Below are positions 16,405-29,666 of a stretch of 32,000 bases of DNA, in pieces (within the stretch, counting starts at the first letter, position 1; each line of letters starts with the position of its first letter). The stretch is from Delftia acidovorans NBRC 14950. GTDB lineage: Bacteria; Pseudomonadota; Gammaproteobacteria; Burkholderiales; Burkholderiaceae_C. The stretch lies in assembly GCF_001598795.1 (NCBI RefSeq), contig NZ_BCZP01000020.1, positions 30,001-62,000 on the forward strand, read 5' to 3'. Below the pieces are notes generated by a model. The model had not been told where the DNA came from. It saw only the letters and a list, made by a program, of their open reading frames with translations, and made no database searches. A program made the translations under genes and the position numbers.

Positions 16405-18051
16405 ATGCAGACCCTGGTGCAGGCCCTGGCAGCTGCAGCGCTTCTGGCACTGCTCACCCGCTTGCTGCCCAATCCCCAGGCAGCCCAGGGCATCGCGGTC
16501 TTTCCCGGCAGGAGCATGGCGCCGGCCGCCATGCTGCTTTACGCGTACATGGGCTCGGCCCTGGCCATCACGCTGATGAGCCTGATCCTGTGGTGCTGGC
16601 TCAGGGAAAGGCTCTACATTCTTTGCGCCGCGCTCCTGGCAGCCGGCTTTGCCTACGCTGCTTTCCGTTACCGGCCCGAAGGCCTGTGGCTGCCCGGCGC
16701 CGACCAGCCCCAGCATGCGCTGTCCATCGCCTACTGCAGCTTCTGTGTGGTGGCGACGGTGTTTTTCAGCCAATTGTTCGAGTTCCGTCGCCATTGGATC
16801 TGGGCTGCGCACCTCTTCAGCGTGGTGGCCTGGCTGAATGCCATCGCACTGGGCATGGCACTGTTGGGTGGCTATCCGCAGATCTCGCGTGCCGTGGTGT
16901 TCACGGCCCTGGTGTCCACATCGTTCGGTGCGGTCTTCGTGCTGTACCTGCTGGTGGTTCGAAGGCAGTGGCAATACCTGCCGGGCGCGCTGGCGTTTGC
17001 GGTGCCTTCCGCCCTGGGCATCCTGAACCTGCTGAGAACCCAGGGCCTGCTGCCGGATGTTGCGCTGCCATCGGCCCAGATGCTCTGGTTTGCCGGGCGT
17101 GTTTCCGAGGCCATCCTGCTGGGAATGGCGGTGACCAACCGCACGCGGGTGGCGGAGCGCGCCCTGCGCAGTGAGCGGATGCAGGCCCTGTCACGCGCCC
17201 AGGCTGCCGAGCGCGAACTGGAGTCCAAGGTCCTGCAGCGCACCGCACAGCTGCAAACGGCCCAGCAGGCCCTGCAGACCGCCTTGCACAGCGAGCGGGA
17301 GATGCGGCTGGAACAGCGCCAGTTCTTCAACATGATCAACCACGAGTTCCGCACCCCGCTCACGATCGTGGACGGCGCCGCGACCGAGCTGCAGACGTTC
17401 CCGACGACGGACGCGGACTCCCTCATCGAGCAGGCGTCGCAGATACGCAGGGCCTCGCGCCGGCTGATGACCCTGGTGGACACCTGCCTGATCAACGACC
17501 GGCTGGACGCGGGCGCGTTCCGGCTGCAACTGGAGCAGACGCCATTGGATGAACTCCTGGAGGAGTCTGCAGAGCTCGTCGGCTGGTCCCGGCGGCATCG
17601 CCTGAAACTGGATCTGGAACACGGCCCGCAGCAATGGCAATGCGACCCTGTCCTGGTGCGCATCGCCATCTCCAACCTTGTCGGCAACGCCATCAAATAT
17701 GCCAAGGCGGGCGACATCACCCTGGCCGCCCGCTGCGATGCGTCCGGTGACCTGCTGATTTCCGTCAGCGACCAGGGACCGGGCCTTGCGCCCGAAGCGG
17801 CAGGACAGGTTTTCGAGCCCTATGAACGCGCAAGCGCCACCCGGCACGTCAACGGGCATGGCCTGGGCCTGTCCGTGGTGAGGCGCATCGCCAGGCTGCA
17901 CGCAGGCGACGCGTTCTTCCAGCCGGCTGCCGGAGGCGGGGCCTGCTTTGTCATCCGGCTGGGCCGGTTCCTGCCCGGCACGGCAGATGCCCGCCAGGAA
18001 CGTCCGCCAGCGGCAAGGCCGGCCGCCGTGCCGCCGGGCATGCCCGCCTGA
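16405..18051 (+). CDS. Sensor histidine kinase with an N-terminal 7TM (7TMR-DISM-like) membrane module; no adjacent response regulator
   Basis: Seven or eight predicted TM helices, then a coiled coil. The H-box is FFNMINHEFRTPL, the N-box LVGNAIKYA, G1 SDQGPGL and G2 GHGLGLS. The start is uncertain. I use ATG 16405 because the TTG-16066 extension has atypical codon usage. Confidence 0.7.
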   Translation: MQTLVQALAAAALLALLTRLLPNPQAAQGIAVFPGRSMAPAAMLLYAYMGSALAITLMSLILWCWLRERLYILCAALLAAGFAYAAFRYRPEGLWLPGADQPQHALSIAYCSFCVVATVFFSQLFEFRRHWIWAAHLFSVVAWLNAIALGMALLGGYPQISRAVVFTALVSTSFGAVFVLYLLVVRRQWQYLPGALAFAVPSALGILNLLRTQGLLPDVALPSAQMLWFAGRVSEAILLGMAVTNRTRVAERALRSERMQALSRAQAAERELESKVLQRTAQLQTAQQALQTALHSEREMRLEQRQFFNMINHEFRTPLTIVDGAATELQTFPTTDADSLIEQASQIRRASRRLMTLVDTCLINDRLDAGAFRLQLEQTPLDELLEESAELVGWSRRHRLKLDLEHGPQQWQCDPVLVRIAISNLVGNAIKYAKAGDITLAARCDASGDLLISVSDQGPGLAPEAAGQVFEPYERASATRHVNGHGLGLSVVRRIARLHAGDAFFQPAAGGGACFVIRLGRFLPGTADARQERPPAARPAAVPPGMPA

Positions 18052-18102
18052 CGCGGGCAAGGCCGGGGCCTTCGCCCCTGAAGCAGGGCGTGCTCGCGGC
18101 GC

Positions 18103-18594
18103 TCATGGGGCCGCCGCTGCACGGGCCGTCCCGCCCTGCACCACCAGCAGCACGCCACCCAGGATCAAGGCCACGCCGGCCAGGCGCGTCGCATTGACCG
18201 GCCGTGCGCCCAGGCCCATCAGGCCGAAGTGGTCGACCAACACCGAGACCACGATCTGCCCCGCCACCACGCAAACCAGAAAGCCGCCTGCGCCCAGCCT
18301 GGGCGTGACGGCGGCCGCGCTGGCCACATAGATGGCCCCCAGTACACCGCCTATCCATAGCCACCATGGCCCCGCTGCCGCCTGGGCCATGGCCGGAGCG
18401 GGCGCCCGCAGCACCCACAGTGCAGGCACCACGACCATGACGCTCACGGCCAGCGAGACCAGCGCGCCCCACAGCGGGTGGCCCAGCAGGCGGCCCACCA
18501 GGGCATTGCTGGCGGCCTGGAATGGCAGCATGGCCCCCGCCATCAGCGCCAGGGCCACGGGAGCAAGGGCGGTGAATGTGCTTTTACCTGTCAT
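18103..18594 (-). CDS. DMT-superfamily membrane protein, YdcZ/DUF606-like
   Basis: 163 aa and five hydrophobic segments. The MLPFQAASNALVGRLLGHPLW... pattern is typical of DUF606 proteins. The start is ATG 18594. Confidence 0.75.
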   Translation of the reverse strand: MTGKSTFTALAPVALALMAGAMLPFQAASNALVGRLLGHPLWGALVSLAVSVMVVVPALWVLRAPAPAMAQAAAGPWWLWIGGVLGAIYVASAAAVTPRLGAGGFLVCVVAGQIVVSVLVDHFGLMGLGARPVNATRLAGVALILGGVLLVVQGGTARAAAAP

Positions 18595-18692
18595 GCAGCA
18601 AGACCTTTCTTGTTCTGTCAATCGATGCCTGCATGCTCTCGCATCCAGCGTGTTGATGGAAATCGTTTGTGTGCACGGTCTATATTCATGGC

Positions 18693-19610
18693 ATGGATGA
18701 ACTGCGCCGGATCGACCTCAACCTGCTGCTGGCCCTGCACGCCCTGCTGGCCGAAAAACATGTGACGCGTGCGGCCCTGCGGCTGCACAAGAGCCAGCCG
18801 GCCATGAGCCATTCGCTGGCGCAGCTGCGCGAGCATCTGGGCGACCCGTTGCTGGTGCGGCGCGGCGGCCGCATGGCGCTGACGGCACGCGCACAAGGCC
18901 TGGTGCAACCGCTGGCGGATGCGCTGGGCAGCCTCAACGGCTTGCTGGCGCAGGCGGAGTTCGACCCAGCCCACGCACGCGGACGGCTGCGGCTGGCGCT
19001 GTCGGACTACGCATCGCGCATCGTGCTGCCGCCGCTGATGCGGCATCTGCGCCAGCACGCACCCGGGCTGGACCTGGCCATCAGCCAGTCCACGCGCGAG
19101 GTGATGCTGGCCCAGCTGGCCGATGGCGAACTGGACCTGGCCCTGGGCCCCTTCCCCGGCGCACCCGACCTACCCGACGGCATCGAGGTGCAGGATCTTT
19201 TCCAGGAACAGTTCGTGAGCGTGGCCGACCAGGCCGTGCTGCCTGCACGCGGCGGGCTGTCACTGCAGGACTGGCTGCAGCGTCCGCACGTCATGCTGGC
19301 CATGCGGCCCGACGCCAGCGAGGAGATCGAACGGGCGCTGGCCGCCCAAGGCCTGAGCCGCCGCGTGGTGCTGGCCCTGCCCCACTGGAGCGCAGCGCTG
19401 GAGGTGCTGGCAGGCACCGACCTCGTGCTGACCGTGGGCAGCCGCGCCATTGGCGACCTGCGCCGCCACAAAACGCTGCGCCGTTTCGCTCCGCCGCTGG
19501 AGCTGCCCCGGTTTGCCTACCAGCAGGCATGGCATGTGCGCAAGCAGGGGGATGCCATGCATCGGTGGCTGCGCAACTCGATGGCGCAGTGCTGTACTGC
19601 GCAGAAGTAA
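18693..19610 (+). CDS. LysR family transcriptional regulator
   Basis: From ATG 18693: MDELRRIDLNLLLALHALLAEKHVTRAALRLHKSQPAMSHSLAQLRE (wHTH). Divergent from the DMT gene. Confidence 0.9.
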   Translation: MDELRRIDLNLLLALHALLAEKHVTRAALRLHKSQPAMSHSLAQLREHLGDPLLVRRGGRMALTARAQGLVQPLADALGSLNGLLAQAEFDPAHARGRLRLALSDYASRIVLPPLMRHLRQHAPGLDLAISQSTREVMLAQLADGELDLALGPFPGAPDLPDGIEVQDLFQEQFVSVADQAVLPARGGLSLQDWLQRPHVMLAMRPDASEEIERALAAQGLSRRVVLALPHWSAALEVLAGTDLVLTVGSRAIGDLRRHKTLRRFAPPLELPRFAYQQAWHVRKQGDAMHRWLRNSMAQCCTAQK

Positions 19611-19625
19611 ACGCAGGCCGCAGCC

Positions 19626-21230
19626 TCAGGCTGCCACCACCACCCTCAGCAACTGCTTCTGTATCTTCCCGCTGGCCGTCTTGGGCAGGGCCTCGCGGAA
19701 GTGGTAGCGGCGCGGGCGCTTGTAGGCAGCCAGGCGGTCGCCATGGACCAGGAAGGCGTCCAGCGCCTCGGCCGTGGGCGTGGCGCCAGGCTTGGCGACC
19801 ACGTGGGCGGCGACGATCTGGCCCCAGCGCTCGTCGGCCTCGCCGATGACGGCGACTTCGAGCACATCGGCGTGCTCGACCAGGGCGTCTTCCACTTCGC
19901 GGGGATAGACGTTCTCGGCGCCCGAATTGATCATGTAGTCGATGCGGTCGCGGATCCAGAGATAGCCGTCGTCGTCGATGTGGCCCAGGTCGCCCGTGTG
20001 GTACCAGCCGTGCGCCAGGGCACGGGTGTTGGCGTCAGGGCGGTTGAGGTAGCCGGCCATCATGCAGGGACCGCGCACCAGGATCTCGCCCACCTCGCCA
20101 GGCAGGCAGGCCTCGGCCGGATCGGTGGGGGCGTTGTCTTCGCGCAGGCGGGCCACGATGAGGTCATGGCCCATGGAGGGCAGCCCCGCCGAGCCCGCGT
20201 GCGAGAGTTGCTCGCGCGGCAGGAGGATGGACATGCAGGGCCCCATCTCGGTGGTGCCGTAGACCTGGACCAGGTCGCTGCCGACCTTGCGTGTCCATTC
20301 GCGGATCAGGTGCGGCGCCATGGAGGCGCCGCCGTACTCCACCAGCCGCAGCGCGGGCGCCTGCTCAGGCGAGGCGATGGGGTCGGCCAGCAGCATGGTG
20401 ACCATGGTGGGCGCCGCGAAGAAGAAGCTCACGCGCTCTTCGCGGAGCAGGCGCCAGGCCTCGGTCACGTCGAAGCGCCGCAGCAGCACCTGGGTGGCAC
20501 CGGCCTGCAGGCGCGGCAAAAAGCTGGTGTGCAGCTCGGCCGTGTGGTTGAGCGGCGCCATGGCCAGGCCCACGTCGTCGCGCGTGAACTGCATGGTCTG
20601 GTGCATGAGGGCGTTGTGCGCCAGCTTGCTGCGGTGCGTATGCAGCACGCCCTTGGGCCGGCCCGTGGTGCCGCTGGTGTACATGAGGATGCAGGGATCG
20701 CTCTCGCGCACATGGGCCTGGGGCGGCGCGCTGCTGCGGCCCCTGGCCAGGGCGGACAGGCGCTGCGTGGCCCAGACCGGCAGCGGGTCGGCCGGGGCAT
20801 CGTCGGCAAAGATCCAGTGCTCGATGCCTGCGCCAGTGCCGCCGCCTTCGGCCTTGAGCAGGGCCTGGGCGCGCGCGGCCACCTCGCCGCCCTCGTGCTC
20901 GAACACCAGGGCGCGCGCTGCGCCGTCCTTGAGGATGAAGGCCAGCTCCTGGGCCGCCAGCCGGTAGTTGATGGGGTTGAAGATGGCGCCCAGGCGCGCG
21001 GCCGCCAGCATGGTGAAGACAAAGGCCGGCGTGTTGTAGAGAAAGGCCGCGACCACGTCGCCATGGCCTATGCCCAGCTCGGCCAGGCCGTGGGCGTGGC
21101 GGTTGACTTCGGCATCGAGCTGGGCGTAGGTCCAGGCGCGGCGCTCGCCGCCCTCCCACGCGACCAGGGCTTCCTTGTTCGGCAGGTAACGTGCCGGCCA
21201 GGCCAATGTGTCTCCCAGCGTCTGCTGCAT
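19626..21230 (-). CDS. AMP-dependent acyl-CoA synthetase/ligase
   Basis: AMP-binding motif MYTSGTTGRPKGV, plus YGTTE, GDLG..DDDGYLWIRDR and a C-terminal PKTASGKIQK. ATG 21230 is preceded by AAGGAAG. The ORF-track start at 21254 is a GTG 8 codons upstream. Confidence 0.85.
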   Translation of the reverse strand: MQQTLGDTLAWPARYLPNKEALVAWEGGERRAWTYAQLDAEVNRHAHGLAELGIGHGDVVAAFLYNTPAFVFTMLAAARLGAIFNPINYRLAAQELAFILKDGAARALVFEHEGGEVAARAQALLKAEGGGTGAGIEHWIFADDAPADPLPVWATQRLSALARGRSSAPPQAHVRESDPCILMYTSGTTGRPKGVLHTHRSKLAHNALMHQTMQFTRDDVGLAMAPLNHTAELHTSFLPRLQAGATQVLLRRFDVTEAWRLLREERVSFFFAAPTMVTMLLADPIASPEQAPALRLVEYGGASMAPHLIREWTRKVGSDLVQVYGTTEMGPCMSILLPREQLSHAGSAGLPSMGHDLIVARLREDNAPTDPAEACLPGEVGEILVRGPCMMAGYLNRPDANTRALAHGWYHTGDLGHIDDDGYLWIRDRIDYMINSGAENVYPREVEDALVEHADVLEVAVIGEADERWGQIVAAHVVAKPGATPTAEALDAFLVHGDRLAAYKRPRRYHFREALPKTASGKIQKQLLRVVVAA

Positions 21231-21395
21231 GTGCGCTTCTTCCTTCTCGCTCACGAGATTTCATATATCGATGCATCTCAATGTAGGAGATTTTTTAGAC
21301 AGTTATGCAATTTGCAAATGCATCCATGCAGGCAAGCGCATGGAGCTGGGGCCGGCCCGCGGAAATCCCGAAGCCGCGCGGACGCTGGCCGCAGC

Positions 21396-21401
21396 TAGAA
21401 T
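21396..21401 (+). promoter_or_regulatory. Possible -10 hexamer (TAGAAT) for the gcv leader transcript
   Basis: TAGAAT lies 3 nt before the first riboswitch P1 strand. No convincing -35 was seen. Confidence 0.3.
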
Positions 21402-21404
21402 GCG

Positions 21405-21636
21405 CCGGTCAGGAGAGAGTGCCCGCCCGGCCGCAATGGTCACAGGCAGCGGCACCGCCGAAGGCGCAGGGTTCGCCCCGAACGCTCAGGCAAAAGGACT
21501 GGCACCGCCTGCCGCCACGGCCGCAGGCGTTCCTAGCTGGAGAGAGATGCAGGGCACGGCGGTGTGCCCCATCCACCGAAGGAGCAAGCCCCACGCATGG
21601 AAGGTGCGGGTGAATCTCTCAGGTAAAGCGGACAGC
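21405..21636 (+). promoter_or_regulatory. Tandem glycine riboswitch (two aptamers) controlling gcvTHP
   Basis: Aptamer 1 (21405-21502): CCGGUCAGGAGAGAG...GCACCGCCGAAGGCGCA...CGCUCAGGCAAAAGGACUGG. Aptamer 2 (21536-21636): GCUGGAGAGAG...CCACCGAAGGAGCAA...AAUCUCUCAGGUAAAGCGGACAGC. Both carry the conserved GGAGAG / CACCGAAGG.GCAA / CUCAGG.AAA.GGAC cores, and the location in front of gcvT is the classic one. Confidence 0.85.
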
Positions 21637-21704
21637 AGGGCAGGACATCCCGGGATTCCGGGATGGCGTTGTGCCTTGCCCCTTGCCGAAAAGAGAGTCC
21701 CTCC

Positions 21705-22838
21705 TTGACCGCTGCCTCCACCACCGATCTGCTCAAGACCCCGCTGTTCGACCTGCACCAGGAACTGGGCGCGCGCATGGTGCCGTTTGCCGGCTACTCC
21801 ATGCCCGTGCAATATCCGCAGGGGCTGATGGCCGAGCACCTGCACACGCGCGAGGCGGCAGGCCTGTTCGATGTCTCGCACATGGGCCAGATCAGCCTGC
21901 GCGGCCCGGATGCCGGCGCGGCGCTGGAATCGCTGCTGCCCATGGACGTGCTGGGCCTGGGCGAACACCGCCAGCGCTACGGCCTGCTGCTCAACGACGC
22001 GGGCGGCATTCTGGACGACCTGATGTTCGTGCGCCGCGAGGACGACCTGTTCCTGATCGTCAACGGCGCCTGCAAGCACGAAGACCTGGCGCACATAGAG
22101 GCCCGCATCGGCCAGCGCTGTGAAATCGAGCCCCAGTTCGACCGGGGCCTGCTGGCGCTGCAGGGCCCGCAGGCCGCCGCGGCCATGGAGCGCCTGCTGC
22201 CCGACACGGCCGGGCTGGTGTTCATGACGGGCGGCTACTTCGACTGGGAAGGCGCCGAGCTGTACATCACGCGCAGCGGCTATACCGGCGAGGACGGCTT
22301 CGAGATCTCCCTACCCGCCAGCCACGCCGAAGCCTTTGCCCGTGCCCTGCTGGCCCAGCCCGAAGTTAGGCCCGTGGGCCTGGGCGCGCGCAATTCGCTG
22401 CGCCTGGAAGCCGGCCTGTGCCTGTACGGCAACGATCTGGACACGACCACCACCCCGGCCGAGGCCGCCCTGACCTGGGCCGTGCAGAAGGTCCGCCGCA
22501 TTGGTGGCGAGCGCGAAGGCGGCTTTCCCGGCGCGGCCACCGTGCTGGCCCAGCTGCAATCGCCCGAGCTGCTCACGCGCAAGCGCGTGGGCCTGGTGGC
22601 CCTGGAGCGCGTGCCCGTGCGCGAAGGCACGGAGCTGCTGGACGCCAGCGGCCGCAAGGTCGGCCAGGTCACCAGCGGCCTGCTGTCGCCCACGCTGAAC
22701 CAGCCCGTGGCACTGGCCTATGTGGAGCCGGGCAGCGCCGCCATCGGCACCACGCTGCAGGCCATGGTGCGCGGCAAGGCCGTGCCCATGCAGGTGCAGG
22801 CCACGCCCTTCGTGGCGCCCCGCTATCACCGCGGTTGA
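21705..22838 (+). CDS. gcvT: Glycine cleavage system aminomethyltransferase (T protein)
   Basis: LLKTPLFDLHQELGARMVPFAGYSMPVQY...GLFDVSHMGQ... is canonical GcvT. The start is ambiguous. TTG 21705 gives a typical 377-aa protein. ATG 21663, the ORF-track start, adds a Cys-rich 14-aa extension and sits inside a hairpin arm. Confidence 0.85.
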   Translation: MTAASTTDLLKTPLFDLHQELGARMVPFAGYSMPVQYPQGLMAEHLHTREAAGLFDVSHMGQISLRGPDAGAALESLLPMDVLGLGEHRQRYGLLLNDAGGILDDLMFVRREDDLFLIVNGACKHEDLAHIEARIGQRCEIEPQFDRGLLALQGPQAAAAMERLLPDTAGLVFMTGGYFDWEGAELYITRSGYTGEDGFEISLPASHAEAFARALLAQPEVRPVGLGARNSLRLEAGLCLYGNDLDTTTTPAEAALTWAVQKVRRIGGEREGGFPGAATVLAQLQSPELLTRKRVGLVALERVPVREGTELLDASGRKVGQVTSGLLSPTLNQPVALAYVEPGSAAIGTTLQAMVRGKAVPMQVQATPFVAPRYHRG

Positions 22839-22972
22839 GGACAGCCTGCGCGCTTGGCGTGGATCGAGTTCGGCGGATTCGTTTTTCCTGCCATCGCATG
22901 CCGCTACAGTGCGCACTGACCTTTCTCAAACCGCCTTTCACAGGTTTTTTTTAGTTTCTATCGGAGCAAGCC

Positions 22973-23347
22973 ATGAGCATCCAGTATTCCAAGGACCACG
23001 AATGGATCAACGCCGCCAACCCTGACGCGGCCATCGTCGGCATCACCCTCCACGCGCAGGATGCGCTGGGCGACGTGGTGTTCGTCGATCTGCCCGCCGT
23101 GGGCACCAGCTTCAACCAGGGCGATGTGGCCGGCGTGGTCGAGTCCGTCAAGGCCGCCGCCGATGTCTACATGCCCGTCAGCGGCGAGATCGTCGAAGTC
23201 AACGAAGCCCTGCGCGACGACCCCTCCCTGGCCAACAGCGACCCGCTGGGCGAAGGCTGGTTCTTCAAGGTCAAGCTCAGCGACGCAGGCCAGCTGGCCG
23301 CGCTGCTCGACGAAGCCGCCTACACGGCCTTCGCACAGAGCAACTGA
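22973..23347 (+). CDS. gcvH: Glycine cleavage system H protein (lipoyl carrier)
   Basis: 124 aa with a GGAG RBS. The lipoylation motif is [24 protein letters not shown], and the C-terminus carries [10 protein letters not shown]. Confidence 0.95.
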   Translation: MSIQYSKDHEWINAANPDAAIVGITLHAQDALGDVVFVDLPAVGTSFNQGDVAGVVESVKAAADVYMPVSGEIVEVNEALRDDPSLANSDPLGEGWFFKVKLSDAGQLAALLDEAAYTAFAQSN

Positions 23348-23369
23348 CGCCACTTTCCGGCCAGGACGG

Positions 23370-23403
23370 GCGCCAGGGCCCGCCCTGGCGCTTTTCAGCT
23401 TTT
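23370..23403 (+). terminator. Terminator-like hairpin inside the gcv operon (between gcvH and gcvP)
   Basis: The GCGCCAGG-GCCCGC-CCTGGCGC stem is followed by TTTTCAGCTTTT and ends 15 nt before the gcvP ATG. Confidence 0.5.
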
Positions 23404-23418
23404 GAGACAGGTCCCTCC

Positions 23419-26310
<2,892 letters not shown>

Positions 26311-26327
26311 AGCACCTGCCACCGAAA

Positions 26328-26346
26328 GGGGCGCTTGTGGCGCCCC
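26328..26346 (+). terminator. Hairpin after gcvP (GGGGCGC-TTGTG-GCGCCCC), with no U-tract
   Basis: Lies 18 nt after the gcvP stop. It has the same AAGGGGCGC...GCGCCCC flavour as the hairpin at 8673-8702. Confidence 0.4.
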
Positions 26347-26434
26347 GCCTGGCGCGCGTACACTGCGGCCCTGCCCGCGCCGGGCTCCGGTAATCTGCCG
26401 GACGCCGGGCGCGGGCCACCAGGATTTGTGCGGC

Positions 26435-28680
<2,246 letters not shown>

Positions 28681-28684
<4 letters not shown>

Positions 28685-29403
28685 GCGGCTCAAGCGCTGA
28701 ACGGCTGCAGGAGTGCATCGGTGCTGGTACTGCTGCCGATGCAGATACCGATGCAGGTGTCTCCTGCCTGTACGAGGACGCCGAGCTGCTGGTGCTGGAC
28801 AAGCCCTCCGGCCTGCTGTGCGTGCCCGGACGCGGCCCCGACAAGCAGGACTGCCTGAGCGGCCGCGCCTTGCAGCGCTGGCCCGATGCGCTGGTCGTGC
28901 ACCGGCTGGACCAGGCCACCTCGGGCCTGGTGGTCATGGCGCGCAGCCTGGCCAGCCAGCGCCTCCTGAGCGAAGCCTTTGCGCAGCGCCGCGTGCACAA
29001 GCGCTATGTGGCCGTGGTCGCCGGCCGCCCTGCCGCGCAGCAGGCCGACGCCTGGCAAAGCATCGACCTGCCGATAGCCGCCGACTGGGAGCGGCGCCCC
29101 TTGCGCATCATCGACGCCCTGCAGGGCAAGCCCAGCCAGACCCTGTGGCGCGCCATGCCACCAGCCACCGAAGACCAGGGCACACTCACCACGCGGGTGC
29201 AGCTGCAGCCCGTGACGGGCCGCACCCACCAGTTGCGCGTGCACATGGCGGCGCTGAGCCATCCCATCCTGGGCGATGCGCTCTATGCCGATGCCGCCGT
29301 GCAGGCCCTGTCGCCGCGCCTGCTGCTGCATGCGCACCAGCTGGAGCTGGCGCATCCCCTGTCGGGCCAAACGCTGCGTTTCGAATCCGCCGTACCGTTT
29401 TGA
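28681..29403 (+). CDS. rluA: RluA-family pseudouridine synthase
   Basis: Colinear with E. coli RluA as I remember it: YEDAELLVLDKPSGLLCVPGR, the catalytic HRLDQATSGLVVMA, TGRTHQLRVHMAALSHPILGD.LY and PRLLLHA. The only in-frame start before the conserved core is GTG 28681, which overlaps the kinase TGA (GTGA). Confidence 0.8.
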
Positions 29404-29415
29404 TCCACCGCAGAA

Positions 29416-29466
29416 ACACGGAAACCGGCGTCCCCTGACGCGTTGCTGCGATGCAACATTCCGTGT
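29416..29466 (+). other. Compact three-way-junction RNA fold after rluA (possible compound terminator)
   Basis: P1 is ACACGGAA/TTCCGTGT (8 bp). P2 is GCGTC-CCCT-GACGC. P3 is GTTGC-TGCGAT-GCAAC. P2 and P3 abut directly, and the fold is followed by ACGTGTTTCCCCTTCTT. Confidence 0.4.
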
Positions 29467-29651
29467 ACGTGTTTCCCCTTCTTGCAGTCGGTCATATTGG
29501 TTTCATGCAGCACCGTCTGGGTGCACCGTCGGCATCAGGCGTTTTCGTCGCCCAAAACCGGCGTTGACAAGCGGCCTGCGATGGCATCCAGCCCTTAGCG
29601 AAAAGCCTGCATGCGCGCCAGCCCCGGGATAACCCTGTTGCCATTGGTAAC

Positions 29652-29666
29652 CAGGAGATTAATCTG
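29652..29666. promoter_or_regulatory. Lrp-box-like site in the livJ leader
   Basis: CAGGAGATTAATCTG matches YAGHAWATTWTDCTR at 12 of 15 positions and contains the perfect 10-bp palindrome AGATTAATCT. It lies about 80 nt upstream of the livJ ATG. Confidence 0.3.

Noticed and set aside
21208-21708. 166-aa ORF spanning the gcv leader.
   Set aside because: It coincides with the two glycine-riboswitch aptamers and the promoter region. The translation is Ala/Arg/Gly-rich and shows no domain character.
29564-29569. A perfect TTGACA -35 hexamer in the liv upstream region.
   Set aside because: No acceptable -10 hexamer lies 16-18 nt downstream (TCCAGC, ATCCAG or CCAGCC), so I do not call a promoter.
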